In this document: in pieces, positions 24,701 through 34,174 of the stretch | How the letters are laid out: every line of letters begins with the position of its first letter | Numbering within the stretch: position 1 is the stretch's first letter | Origin: Roseomonas sp. | Lineage (GTDB): Bacteria; Pseudomonadota; Alphaproteobacteria; Acetobacterales; Acetobacteraceae | DNA length: 64,000 nucleotides | Assembly: GCA_035565935.1 (NCBI GenBank) | Contig: DATMRU010000032.1 | Span: 22,436 to 86,435, forward strand | Direction: 5' to 3' | Notes under the pieces: model-generated | Told to the model about the DNA's origin: nothing | The model's input: the letters and a program-made list of their open reading frames with translations, nothing else | Database searches by the model: none | Made by a program: the position numbers and the translations under genes

Positions 24701-25411
24701 ATGCAGATTCCGGCCCTCCCCCCGTGCCACGATCTTGTTCGTCTGGTTCGCGCGACACAGGACGAGACAACCCACGCGGTCTTGGAACATCTCAAGCGAA
24801 GGCCCACTCCCTGGGGCTACCGTACCGCAAGAGAGCTGGCGCCCCACGCTTTCTCCCCCGAACTCCCCCTTTCTGCTCTCCATCAAGCATGCCTTACGGC
24901 ACGCATGGTACCAGCGGGGAGAGCGGCAAATTGGGAGGTGGTGCAGATGATACGCGCCGCTGGGAAAGGCCGGACGCCCCGGTGTTATGGGATGAACCAT
25001 GGATACCTGCCGATCAGGAAGGACTTGTCCATTCGAGTTGCGGCAGATTTTTACTTCGTCGAAAAGGGGGAGGTTTCCATCTTCTGGCTTCAACCCCGAC
25101 GAGCTTTCGCTCTGGACAACAAACAGCTTGGCATGTTCGGGGCGTTACTTCGGCGGACTCTCCTGACAGGCGACTTCGAAGCGGCCTCGCTTGAGATTCT
25201 TGACCTGAGTGCCCCTGACAGGAAGCAGCGTGTGCCGCGCACGCTTGGATTGTGCGACCTCCCCGAAGTTACCGAGGAGGAGGCTGCGGAGGCAGTCCAG
25301 AGGGTAGTGCAGGCCTATGAGGCTATCCAGAAGATGGACATCAACTGGGATGAGCGGCGCGCGCCGAGGAAAGAGCGTCCTTCTCCTCAGGCCGACATTC
25401 CCGGCCTCTGA
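24701..25411 (+). CDS. socB: SocB-like toxin (putative sliding-clamp/replication inhibitor)
   Basis: LPPCHDLVRL...PWGYRTAR and FWLQPRR pattern resembles SocB as recalled; directly downstream of Panacea antitoxin; start uncertain. Confidence 0.65.
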   Translation: MQIPALPPCHDLVRLVRATQDETTHAVLEHLKRRPTPWGYRTARELAPHAFSPELPLSALHQACLTARMVPAGRAANWEVVQMIRAAGKGRTPRCYGMNHGYLPIRKDLSIRVAADFYFVEKGEVSIFWLQPRRAFALDNKQLGMFGALLRRTLLTGDFEAASLEILDLSAPDRKQRVPRTLGLCDLPEVTEEEAAEAVQRVVQAYEAIQKMDINWDERRAPRKERPSPQADIPGL

Positions 25412-25444
25412 CTGCACGGCTCCCGGCGCTGGCCTGAACGCTGC

Positions 25445-25463
25445 GTCGGGACTTTTGTCGGGA
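25445..25463 (+). repeat. Candidate integrase arm-type sites, right
   Basis: GTCGGGA-N5-GTCGGGA matching 18281-18299. Confidence 0.7.
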
Positions 25464-25508
25464 AATGCTGTCCCAGGGTGACGCTCGGCGTCCATTCGGA
25501 CATCAAGA

Positions 25509-25521
25509 AATCAAAAGCTTA
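25509..25521 (+). promoter_or_regulatory. IHF binding site near right att
   Basis: AATCAA-AAGC-TTA matches WATCAANNNNTTR; near-match AATCAG-CAAG-TTC at 18224-18236 by left att. Confidence 0.65.
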
Positions 25522-25545
25522 GGACGCAGAAGCAAGGGCCACTCT

Positions 25546-25593
25546 CCCTTGCCAAGGTTGGGGTCGAGGGTTCGAATCCCTTCGCCCGCTCCA
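25546..25593 (+). repeat. att site 2: 3' part of tRNA-Gly(GCC)
   Basis: Identical to 18160-18207; no 5' tRNA half. Confidence 0.95.
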
Positions 25594-25625
25594 GTTTTTC
25601 CAAAATTTTCCTGGCGCTATGGTAT

Positions 25626-25654
25626 GGGTCGCGGAAGCGGCCCTTTCTGTTTTT
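25626..25654 (+). terminator. Intrinsic terminator, probably the native tRNA-Gly terminator
   Basis: GGGTCGC-GGAA-GCGGCCC followed by TTTCTGTTTTT. Confidence 0.7.
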
Positions 25655-25803
25655 GGCCTAGTCAGCAGCGCGCAGATTGCGGTGACCAGGGCAGAACGAG
25701 CCCCCGAAGGAACACATCTGGAGGGGCTCTCCGCGTTACTGGGCCACCGGTGCTTTGGCTGGGTACCCAGCAGCACCAGTGAATCGGGTACTCAGGTCAA
25801 TCG

Positions 25804-26439
25804 GTGGAGCATGGCCTCGCCCATCTCAGGATCGTACCAGCTGATATGAATGAGGCCCAGCTGCATGCGGCGGCAGCCAATGGCGACACCGCAACCATCA
25901 AGCATCTCCTTGCCCAGGGCGTGCAGATTGATGCGCGCGATGGCAACGGGCGCACGGCATTGCTCGTCGCCACCCGGGGAAACAGGATCGCCGCCGCCAA
26001 GGCGCTGATCGAGGCGGGCGCCGACGTCAATGCCCAGGACAACATCCAGGATAGCCCCTACCTCTACGCCGGGGCGCGCGGCCACCTTGAAATTCTCAAG
26101 ATGACACTCGCGCACGGTGCCGATCTGAAGAGCACGAACCGCTATGGCGGCACCGCGCTCATTCCCGCCTCCGAGCGCGGCCATGTCGAGGCTGTTCGCA
26201 CGCTGATCGAGGCCGGCGTCGAGGTCGATCACGTCAACAATCTCGGCTGGACCGCTCTTCTGGAGGCGATCATCCTGAGCGATGGTGGGGAGCGGCACCA
26301 GCAGATCGTCCAGGCGCTGGTCGAGGCCAAGGCCAATGTGAACCTCGCCGATGGCAAGGGCATCACACCGCTCCAGCATGCCCGCAGCCGCGGATATATC
26401 AGGATCGAGCAGATCCTGGTGGCGGCCGGTGCGCATTGA
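25804..26439 (+). CDS. Ankyrin repeat protein
   Basis: Repeated GRTALL/GGTALI/GWTALL/GITPL ankyrin starts; alternative start 25846. Confidence 0.93.
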   Translation: MEHGLAHLRIVPADMNEAQLHAAAANGDTATIKHLLAQGVQIDARDGNGRTALLVATRGNRIAAAKALIEAGADVNAQDNIQDSPYLYAGARGHLEILKMTLAHGADLKSTNRYGGTALIPASERGHVEAVRTLIEAGVEVDHVNNLGWTALLEAIILSDGGERHQQIVQALVEAKANVNLADGKGITPLQHARSRGYIRIEQILVAAGAH

Positions 26440-26450
26440 AGAAGACGATC

Positions 26451-26924
26451 ATGAGCGACACTCAACGCTTTCTGTGCCAGGCCATCGAACTCGCGCACGC
26501 CAATCTGAAAGGCGGCGGCCGTCCCTTCGGGGCAGTCGTGGTCAGAAATGGCGAGGTGGTCGCGACCGGCGTGAACGAGATCGTCAGCACCAACGACCCC
26601 ACCGCACATGCAGAGCTGACGGCCATCCGCGCGGCCAGTCGCAGGCTCGGCTCGCCCAGCCTCGAGGGATGCGCCGTCTATGCAAGCGGCCATCCCTGCC
26701 CCATGTGTATGGCCGCGATGCGGTTGGCGGGCGTGAGCGAAGTCTATTACGCTTATTCCAACGACGATGGCGCACCCTACGGCCTCTCCACAGCCGCGAT
26801 CTATGCCGAATTGGCAAAGCCCCTTTCCGAACAGTCGATGAAGATTAGCCATGTGCCGGTCCGCCCGCAGTCCGGCCCCGATCTTTACGCCGAGTGGAAG
26901 AGGAGGCAGGCCGGCCAGGCCTAA
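26451..26924 (+). CDS. Zn-dependent nucleoside/guanine deaminase (CDA family)
   Basis: PFGAVVV, HAE, PCPMC motifs. Confidence 0.9.
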   Translation: MSDTQRFLCQAIELAHANLKGGGRPFGAVVVRNGEVVATGVNEIVSTNDPTAHAELTAIRAASRRLGSPSLEGCAVYASGHPCPMCMAAMRLAGVSEVYYAYSNDDGAPYGLSTAAIYAELAKPLSEQSMKISHVPVRPQSGPDLYAEWKRRQAGQA

Positions 26925-26929
26925 GCGGA

Positions 26930-28141
26930 ATGCCGGCGCAAGATCATCCTCCTTCCCGGCTGCTGCTGCTCGCCGTCGTTGCCTTGGTGGGCCTCAATCT
27001 GAGGCCGTTTCTCACCGGCGTAGGTCCGCTCGCATCGAGCATCAGCGAGGCGACCGGCCTGGATTACCGGGGCCTCTCGTTCCTCACCCTGGTGCCGATG
27101 GTGCTGATGGGTGTGTGCGCCTTCGCGAGCCCCTGGATGCAGCGCGTGATGGGAGCGCGCCGGGCCGTGATCGGAGCACTCCTCGTACTGATGCTGGGAT
27201 GCGCCCTCCGGTTGTTCGCATCGGACGATGGCGCCCTGATCGGAACGGCTGCCCTTTGCGGGCTTGGTGTGGCCGTCGTGCAGGCCGTCTTCCCCGGCGT
27301 CATCAAGGCGCAGTTCCCCCAGCGTGTTGCGCCCGTCATGGGTCTCTATTCGGCCATGCTCATGGGCGGCGGGGCGCTGGGCGCGCAGCTTTCTCCCATC
27401 ATCGCGAACGCGATGGGGAACTGGCACTTCGGCCTCGGCTGGCTGGCGGTGCCGGCGGCGCTCGCCGTCGCGATGTCGGCGTTTCTTCTGCCTCGGTCAG
27501 GGTCGCAGGCCACCGCGTCCCTCAGCACGGCCATGCTGCTCACCCGGCCGCGGACATGGCTGCTGATGACGTATTTCGGCCTGATGAACGGCGGCTATTC
27601 CTCCGTCATCGCCTGGCTGGCGCCCCATTATCAGGCGCTCGGCTGGGCGACGGCTGCGAGCGGGGCCCTCCTGGCCATCATGGCCGCCAGCCAGGCCGTC
27701 TCCGCGCTGTTGATCCCCTTCCTGGCAGCGCGAGGGCAGGACCGGCGTCCCTGGATCTGGCTTACGCTCGCCATGCAGATGGCCGGTTTTGCAGGGCTCG
27801 CATTTTGGCCGCAGACCTCACCCACCGGCTGGGCCGCTCTCGTGGGTGCGGGCCTTGGCGGCTGCTTTGCCTTGTCCATGGTGGTGGCGCTCGATCATCT
27901 CGAGGATCCGGCCAATGCCGGCGCATTATCCGCCCTGATGCAAGGTGGCGGCTTCCTCATTGCCGCGGCTCCGCCCTGGATCGTGGCGATCCTCCATGAG
28001 CGCACCGGCAGCTTTGCCTCAGGCTGGCTCCTGCATCTGGCCTGCGCCGCGCTGGCCGCGGCCCTGGCGCTGCGTTTCGCGCCCCACGGCTATGCGCGAT
28101 CCATGAACATCCTGATTCCCGAAACCCGGCCTGCTGTGTGA
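26930..28141 (+). CDS. CynX/NimT-family MFS transporter
   Basis: LVGLNLRPFLTGVGP N-terminal signature; about 12 TM helices. Confidence 0.88.
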   Translation: MPAQDHPPSRLLLLAVVALVGLNLRPFLTGVGPLASSISEATGLDYRGLSFLTLVPMVLMGVCAFASPWMQRVMGARRAVIGALLVLMLGCALRLFASDDGALIGTAALCGLGVAVVQAVFPGVIKAQFPQRVAPVMGLYSAMLMGGGALGAQLSPIIANAMGNWHFGLGWLAVPAALAVAMSAFLLPRSGSQATASLSTAMLLTRPRTWLLMTYFGLMNGGYSSVIAWLAPHYQALGWATAASGALLAIMAASQAVSALLIPFLAARGQDRRPWIWLTLAMQMAGFAGLAFWPQTSPTGWAALVGAGLGGCFALSMVVALDHLEDPANAGALSALMQGGGFLIAAAPPWIVAILHERTGSFASGWLLHLACAALAAALALRFAPHGYARSMNILIPETRPAV

Positions 28142-28293
28142 GACGCGCCTAACGCAGTCTCCTTCGCGCCGAACGAACCCTTGAGAGAGCGACCGGTGGC
28201 GTGCCCCAGCGCGTGCAGGGCTGCGCGGTGCCCGTTGATCGGCTCGAAGCAAGCCTCGCGCGGCGGGACCCGCACAGGGAGAGACGGGCTGCG

Positions 28294-30483
28294 TCAGGTC
28301 GCTGTCGCGCCCGGGCGGTGCAGCGCGCCTTCCAGCAGTTCGATCTGCCGGGCGATCCGCGCCAGCGGGTCCAGCGACGCCTCCTCCAGGGGTATGGCCG
28401 GCCGGGGCGGGAGAGGGCCATCGCCCTTGGCCAGTCCACCCAGGGAGGCCGCGATCCAGCCGCGCCAGGCAGCGCCTTCTACCGCCGTCAGCGCCGTCCG
28501 AGCGGCGGGATCGTGCCGCAGCGCGGAGAGGCGGCCGGCGATGCGGCGCAGGATGCTGTCCACCAGGATCGCGGTACCGACCTCCGGGCGCCGGCTTCCG
28601 CGCGGCTCCTGCAGCGCGCGGGTGATGGAGGTCTCCAGATTGTTGGTCGCCATGCCGGCAGCGCGACGGGCGGCCTCGGCGCTGCCGAAGGGCGCCTCTC
28701 CCGTGACCTCGGAGAGCACGGCCGCGGCATAGGCCGCGTGGGCGGCAAGCGCGGCGCGCTGTTCCCGGCCCAGCCGCCCGGGCTCCCAGCTCGGCCAGAG
28801 CAGCAGACAGCCGATGACCGCCAGGAGACCCCCCGCCAGGGTGAACAGCGCGCGCAACCCCGCGATCTCCCAGGAGCTGTGGCCGGGATGGATCAACTCC
28901 ATCAGGACCACCACGACCGGGGTGATGCCCGCGATCCAGGCGGTGAAGCTGACCTGCCTTGCCCCGAAAGCCAGGGTGCAGAGCGGGAAGAGCACGATCG
29001 CCAGATCCAGCGGCGCGCGGATGAAATAGGCGATCACCGCGCCCGCCAGCCCGCCCAGGACAGTGCCGCCGATCCGCTCCAGCGCCCGCTGCCAGGTGGT
29101 GGCGAAGAAGGGCTGCAGCGTGACGACGGCGGTGATCGGCAGCCAATGCGCGAATTGCGCACCGTAGTTCAGCGTCGCCGCCAGGGATGGTGCGCCGATG
29201 ACGGCGATGCGCAGCGCGTGCCGCAGCGTGGCCGACTGCCAGTTCAGGTTGGCCCGCAGCGGGCCGAGGACGCGCTCGCGCCAGGGCTGCGCCTGCGCCG
29301 CGCCGACCGGCCCGCCAGGCAGGTAGCCGCTTGGCGTGCTGAGCCGTGCCGCGATGCGCAGGCGCTCGATGATGGCCTCCGCCAGCGGGCGCAGGAGCGG
29401 ATCGCCCTCCGTGGCGGCCAGGGCGCGCTCGGCCGCGCGGTCCAGCACCACGGCGCGCACGGGGGCATCCACTTCGATGGCATGGGCCAGCACCACCAGC
29501 ATGGGGCGCAGAATGCGCAGCAGCGTTTCGGCCGCGCGCAGGCGGTACGGGTCCCGCATGCCTTCCAGCAGATCCGACAACGCAATCAGCGAGCCGAAGA
29601 TCTGATCGCAGGCTTCCAGCCGCAGCCACGCCTGGGACCCCCGCAGCGAGAGCCGCCCCCGCATGCTGACCAGGTCGAGCACAATGATGCGGGCGTGCTC
29701 GATCTCCTCCCGCACGGCGCGGCGGTGGGCACGGCTATGGGCATCCCAGGCCTCGGTGCTCGCCTCACCCCTCTGCAGCAGGTAACGCTGGTCGGCGGCG
29801 AGTGCCGCCAGCCGGCGCCAGCAGTCGGCCACCGCGGCGCGGGCGGGGCGGTAAGGATGCAGCCGCCAGACCACCATGGTCAGCAGCGTCGCCCAGAGGC
29901 CGCCAGCCACGAACAGGCCGCCGATCTCCAGCGCCTGCGGCAGGGTCAAAGGCCGATAGACCGCCAGGATCAGCACGATCGAGAGGATATTGCCGAGGCC
30001 GGCGGCGCCAGTGCCCCAGACGCGCGAGAAGCCCAGGCAGAAGAGGCCCAGGAAAGCCAGCGGCAGGACCACCACGAGCCCGGCATCCCGCAGCAGGCCG
30101 AAGCTGGCCCAGGTGACGGCGCCGAGGACAGTGAAGGCCAGCAGCGCCGGAACGCGGAAGCGGATGGGGCCACCGGCATCGCAGAGGCAGGTGAGAAAGC
30201 TTGCCAGCGCCATGTAGACCAGCGGCGGCCAGCCCAGCCATTCATTGGCCAGGATGATCAGCGCGCAGGCCGCCGCCGCACGGATGCCCTCGACGGCGCG
30301 CAGGGCGCGCAGGTTCCATCCCCAGGGCACGCGGGACAGATCCGCCCCCGGGTCGCGGGGCGTGCCGGGACGGCGGAACGGAGAGCGAAAGGAAGTTGGT
30401 CCGGAAGCCATGGCTTTCATCAAGGCGCTGAAACGCCGCCCAGGCACCCAGGTTATCGCCGGGCGATGGGTCACATGGTTCAT
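28294..30483 (-). CDS. FUSC/YccS-family inner membrane exporter
   Basis: LRHALRIA, WLPITAVVTLQP, RALERIGGTVLGG; start uncertain (30411-30603). Confidence 0.88.
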   Translation of the reverse strand: MNHVTHRPAITWVPGRRFSALMKAMASGPTSFRSPFRRPGTPRDPGADLSRVPWGWNLRALRAVEGIRAAAACALIILANEWLGWPPLVYMALASFLTCLCDAGGPIRFRVPALLAFTVLGAVTWASFGLLRDAGLVVVLPLAFLGLFCLGFSRVWGTGAAGLGNILSIVLILAVYRPLTLPQALEIGGLFVAGGLWATLLTMVVWRLHPYRPARAAVADCWRRLAALAADQRYLLQRGEASTEAWDAHSRAHRRAVREEIEHARIIVLDLVSMRGRLSLRGSQAWLRLEACDQIFGSLIALSDLLEGMRDPYRLRAAETLLRILRPMLVVLAHAIEVDAPVRAVVLDRAAERALAATEGDPLLRPLAEAIIERLRIAARLSTPSGYLPGGPVGAAQAQPWRERVLGPLRANLNWQSATLRHALRIAVIGAPSLAATLNYGAQFAHWLPITAVVTLQPFFATTWQRALERIGGTVLGGLAGAVIAYFIRAPLDLAIVLFPLCTLAFGARQVSFTAWIAGITPVVVVLMELIHPGHSSWEIAGLRALFTLAGGLLAVIGCLLLWPSWEPGRLGREQRAALAAHAAYAAAVLSEVTGEAPFGSAEAARRAAGMATNNLETSITRALQEPRGSRRPEVGTAILVDSILRRIAGRLSALRHDPAARTALTAVEGAAWRGWIAASLGGLAKGDGPLPPRPAIPLEEASLDPLARIARQIELLEGALHRPGATAT

Positions 30484-30715
30484 CGCGCTGCTGGGCGGGA
30501 CTCGGAGGGGCGGATCCGGCAGGAGGCACGCTGTTAGCAGCCCTGACACAAGCTCGCCAGCAGCGGCGGCTCGGGCAGGCCCGCATCTTCGGCGGCCATC
30601 CATGGCCTCCTCCGCTCGCGCTGACCGGGCCGCCTCCCCTGCGCCCCGCTTCCGCAGCCTGGGATGCAGGAGGCTTCAGCCGGGGCGGCGGCCCCGGCCT
30701 TCCGCCAGGCCGCGT

Positions 30716-33562
30716 TCAGTCACCTGCCCCGGGGGCCGAACGCGCGATGCTGCCGACCGGCTGGCGCCCCGGAGCGGCGGTGCCCCGCCGGCCCCGGGCG
30801 GTTCCGGTGAAGAGGAGCATCAGCAACCAGTGGCGCGCCACGATCTGGTGGAAGCCCAGCGAAAGGGCGGCCGCCAGTAGGGTGACCATCAGGAATTCGA
30901 GCAGCGAGGGCAGCCGCACATAGGCGAAGGCATCCGCGAGGAAGACGATGAAGAGGATATGGACCAGGTAGACGGTCATGGATGCGTTGACCAGCAGGCG
31001 GGTCCAGCGGTTCGGCGCATCGAACCAGCGCAGGGCCACGAAGCACAACAGCTTGGACCAGTAGATGCCGGTGATGGGGATGAGGAAGAAGGTCACCACC
31101 CGGTAGATCGCTTCCTCGCGCAGCTGAATGATCGTCAGGATGACCGCTCCGGCGAGCGCCAGCACCACGGCCGACCCATCGATCGAGGCGAAGCGCCCCA
31201 TGAAGTCCCTCCGCGAGGCGATGAGGCAGCCCATCACGAAGACGGGCAGCAGCGAGGCCAGTTCGCTCAGGTAAAGCATGCCATGGAAGACGAAGGTGAT
31301 GCCGAGGACCTTCAGGACGCCGACGCTCACGGTGCTGACGAGGCCGGCGGCGACGGCCGCCAGGGCCAGACTCGCTCTGCTGGCCAGGACACGCTCCGAC
31401 AGGGCGGCGGCAACCTGCCGGATCGGCCTTCCCCGCCAGAGGCCACACAGCAGGGCGAGCAGGAGCGTATAGACCAGCAGGAAGACCAGGAACCACGCAT
31501 GCTCGATCCAGTAGGGCCCCGGCGTGGTGAGCAAGCTGGCCCAGTCCGCGATGGCCTCCCCCTCCGGCGCGGAGTTCAGCGTGCGCGCCAGCATCAGCAA
31601 GGGATTGATGAGAAGGACCGTGGTGAGCAGCGGAACGCCCAGCTGGATCACGCGGCTCTTCCACCACTTCACCGGGTTCTGCTCGTCAACGAACATCATG
31701 GCGAAGAAGCCGGCCAGCAGAAAGAAGGCGGGCATGCGGAAGGTGCTGAGGAACTCGGAGAAGTTCGTCAGCAGCGACGACGGCTCCCCCCCCTTGGCGA
31801 TCCAGGGATAGATCGTATAGGCCAGCGCCGAGTGGAAGGGGATGCCCAGCAGCATCAGGCTGGCGCGAACCTGGTCCAGGAAGAACAGCTTGGTCGGGTT
31901 CGCGACGGCCCCCGCCGCACCTGGCTTACGGCCCTCGGTCGCCTCCAGTTCGCGGATGGTCATCCGCTCCCAGCCCTCGGGCACGAAGCCCAGGTGCTCC
32001 TCGACCAGCAGTGAGGCGTTGATGAAGTTGAGCGAATCGCCCCCTGCGGAGGCGAAGGACTCATCCCGCCCGAGTTCGGGCTGGCCCAGGAGGTCGGCAA
32101 AGGCCGCCTGCAACGAGAGGTTCCGGCCGGAGGGGCCGGAAGGCGCGGCATCGGCGGCGGACATCCGACGGATGCCGGCATAGTCGACCTTGCCGGAAGG
32201 CAGGCGCGGAATCTCGGCGAGGTGGACGACCTGAATGCTGGCGGCAGAGAGGGCATGGTGGCGCAGCACCAGATCCACCACCGCCTCGGTCGAGGCGGGG
32301 GCCACCACCGCGATCTGCAGGCCGTCGTCACTCCCCGTCGCCGCAGCCTCGAAGCCGGCCTTGCGCAGCCGTGCCTCGACGTCGTCCAGTCCGATGCGCA
32401 GTCCGAAAGGCTTGATGAAGCGGCTCTTCCGGCCGGTGATGGTGAAGAGCCCCTCCGCGCTGCGCACGGCGAGGTCGCCTGTCCGCAACTCGGCCAGCTC
32501 CGCGGCCCCGGCGAGATCCTCGCGCTTCAGCGCGTAGCCCATCATCACGTTCGGGCCGGAATAGACGAGTTCTCCCTCGACGTCCTCGGCCTCGATGGGA
32601 GTCCCGCGCTCATCCAGCAGCGCGATCCTGCCGCCCGGAACCGGCACGCCGATGGCGGCCGGGTGCCGCTTCAACAGCGCGGGGGGCACATAGGCGATGC
32701 GCGGTGCCGCCTCGGTCTGCCCATACATCACATAGAAGCGGCGGCCATGCGTCTCGGCGAAGTCGGCGAACTGCAGGACCTTGTCTTCCGGCAGCTTGCC
32801 TCCGGCCTGCGTGAAGTACCGCAAAGAGGTCGGCAAGGGCCTGGACAGGAAGCCGCTCCGTTCCAGCAGGGCGAAGCTGTGCGGCACGCCGGCGAAGCTC
32901 GTTGCCTCGAAGGCCTCGAAGCGACTCCAGAAACCCGGTTCGGCGACCGAGTCCTGATTCAGGATGATGGCGCCACCCGTCGCCAGATGCGAGTTGATGA
33001 CGGACATGCCGTAGGAATAGTGGAACGGCAGCGTAGTGATCGCGCGCTCACCGGGCGCGAAGCCGAGATACTCGGCGATGGCCAGCGCGTTCGAGAGAAG
33101 GTTGGTGTTCGAGAGCCGCACCAGCTTCGGCTCCCCCGTCGAGCCGGAGGTGGCCAGCAGGACCGCAAGGTCCGGATGAAGCTCCACCTCCGCGACCCCT
33201 GCCGTTCCCGCCTGCCACTCACGCCTGGCGGCGCGGTAGACGAAATCGGGCCGGAACCGCTCCAGCAGCGGGGCCTCCCCGCCCTCCTTGAGGAGCAGCA
33301 CCGCATGGCCCGCCCGCAAAGCGCCGACATAGGCGGCCAGAGCATGCAGCTCGTTCACCGCCTCGACAGCAAGGAGGCACCGCCGCGGTGGCAAGGAGGC
33401 GCAGGCGGCATCCGCATGCGCGGCAAACTCCCCATAGGACCAGGAGCGGTCACTTTCATCGACGACGGCCAACGCGGCGCCGAAGGTCTCAATCCGGCTG
33501 AAGAGATCACAGCGCTCATTCCTGCTGCTGTCACCGCTTCGGTCTGCCGGTAAGCGCACCAT
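30716..33562 (-). CDS. Three-domain fusion: adenylation (AMP-binding) + carrier protein + MdoC/OpgC-like acyltransferase
   Basis: TSGSTGEPK and YGQTEA (A domain); FASAGGDSL (phosphopantetheine site); FLDQVRASLMLLGIPFHS, FRMPAFF, HAWFL, NASMTVYLVH (MdoC-like); ATG 33562 with GGAGG RBS. Confidence 0.88.
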   Translation of the reverse strand: MVRLPADRSGDSSRNERCDLFSRIETFGAALAVVDESDRSWSYGEFAAHADAACASLPPRRCLLAVEAVNELHALAAYVGALRAGHAVLLLKEGGEAPLLERFRPDFVYRAARREWQAGTAGVAEVELHPDLAVLLATSGSTGEPKLVRLSNTNLLSNALAIAEYLGFAPGERAITTLPFHYSYGMSVINSHLATGGAIILNQDSVAEPGFWSRFEAFEATSFAGVPHSFALLERSGFLSRPLPTSLRYFTQAGGKLPEDKVLQFADFAETHGRRFYVMYGQTEAAPRIAYVPPALLKRHPAAIGVPVPGGRIALLDERGTPIEAEDVEGELVYSGPNVMMGYALKREDLAGAAELAELRTGDLAVRSAEGLFTITGRKSRFIKPFGLRIGLDDVEARLRKAGFEAAATGSDDGLQIAVVAPASTEAVVDLVLRHHALSAASIQVVHLAEIPRLPSGKVDYAGIRRMSAADAAPSGPSGRNLSLQAAFADLLGQPELGRDESFASAGGDSLNFINASLLVEEHLGFVPEGWERMTIRELEATEGRKPGAAGAVANPTKLFFLDQVRASLMLLGIPFHSALAYTIYPWIAKGGEPSSLLTNFSEFLSTFRMPAFFLLAGFFAMMFVDEQNPVKWWKSRVIQLGVPLLTTVLLINPLLMLARTLNSAPEGEAIADWASLLTTPGPYWIEHAWFLVFLLVYTLLLALLCGLWRGRPIRQVAAALSERVLASRASLALAAVAAGLVSTVSVGVLKVLGITFVFHGMLYLSELASLLPVFVMGCLIASRRDFMGRFASIDGSAVVLALAGAVILTIIQLREEAIYRVVTFFLIPITGIYWSKLLCFVALRWFDAPNRWTRLLVNASMTVYLVHILFIVFLADAFAYVRLPSLLEFLMVTLLAAALSLGFHQIVARHWLLMLLFTGTARGRRGTAAPGRQPVGSIARSAPGAGD

Positions 33563-34174
33563 CCATGATCCTCCAGAATGGAGCCTCGCCGCCCTCATGG
33601 CAGCTGGCCCCGCAGATGGAAACCGGCAGGCACAGGGCAGGCTGGCTGCTCAGGGCAGAAGCCTCAACTCCCTCTCGGAGGCGTCGAAAAAAGATGCTCC
33701 GCTCCAAATGGATAGTCTTTTCGGGAGAAAATGGCGGGTAAAAAGATCAGGAGATAGAGATCAGGTCGCCCTCGCCCTCGGCAAGAATTCGGTGGGATTT
33801 CTGCATCTCAATGCGCAGGAGGAAGTCGTTCTCTGTTTTTGCACACTTTCGGGAAAAGCCTAGGCTGGAGCTTGCGGGGCTCGCTCTCCGAGAGGGGAGG
33901 CTATTCCTCCCTGGCTGGGGGATCACCCGGTTCCCGGTCGTGCACCGCTCACGGGCGGCATCGCCAAACGACGTCCGCCTGCGAAGGGCCGGGCCGCAGA
34001 GGATAACCGGCCGGGCGTGGACGCCGGGCAGCACTACTCAGGCCCTGGGGAAACAGCCGCTCGCCTCCGGCCAGAGGCAGCAGAGGGTGCGCGGCCCGGA
34101 CCCCTGCTCCAGGAACTTTGCAGCGGAAGCGCGGAACCCCCGGTCAATCTCCCGGTTCTAGCGGTTTCGCTGCT

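Larger units (their letters stand above)
18160..25593. mobile_element. 7.4-kb tRNA-Gly integrative element, candidate satellite
   Basis: Bounded by identical 48-bp repeats, integrase ~100 bp inside left att, matching arm repeats and IHF-like sites at both ends. Confidence 0.9.
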
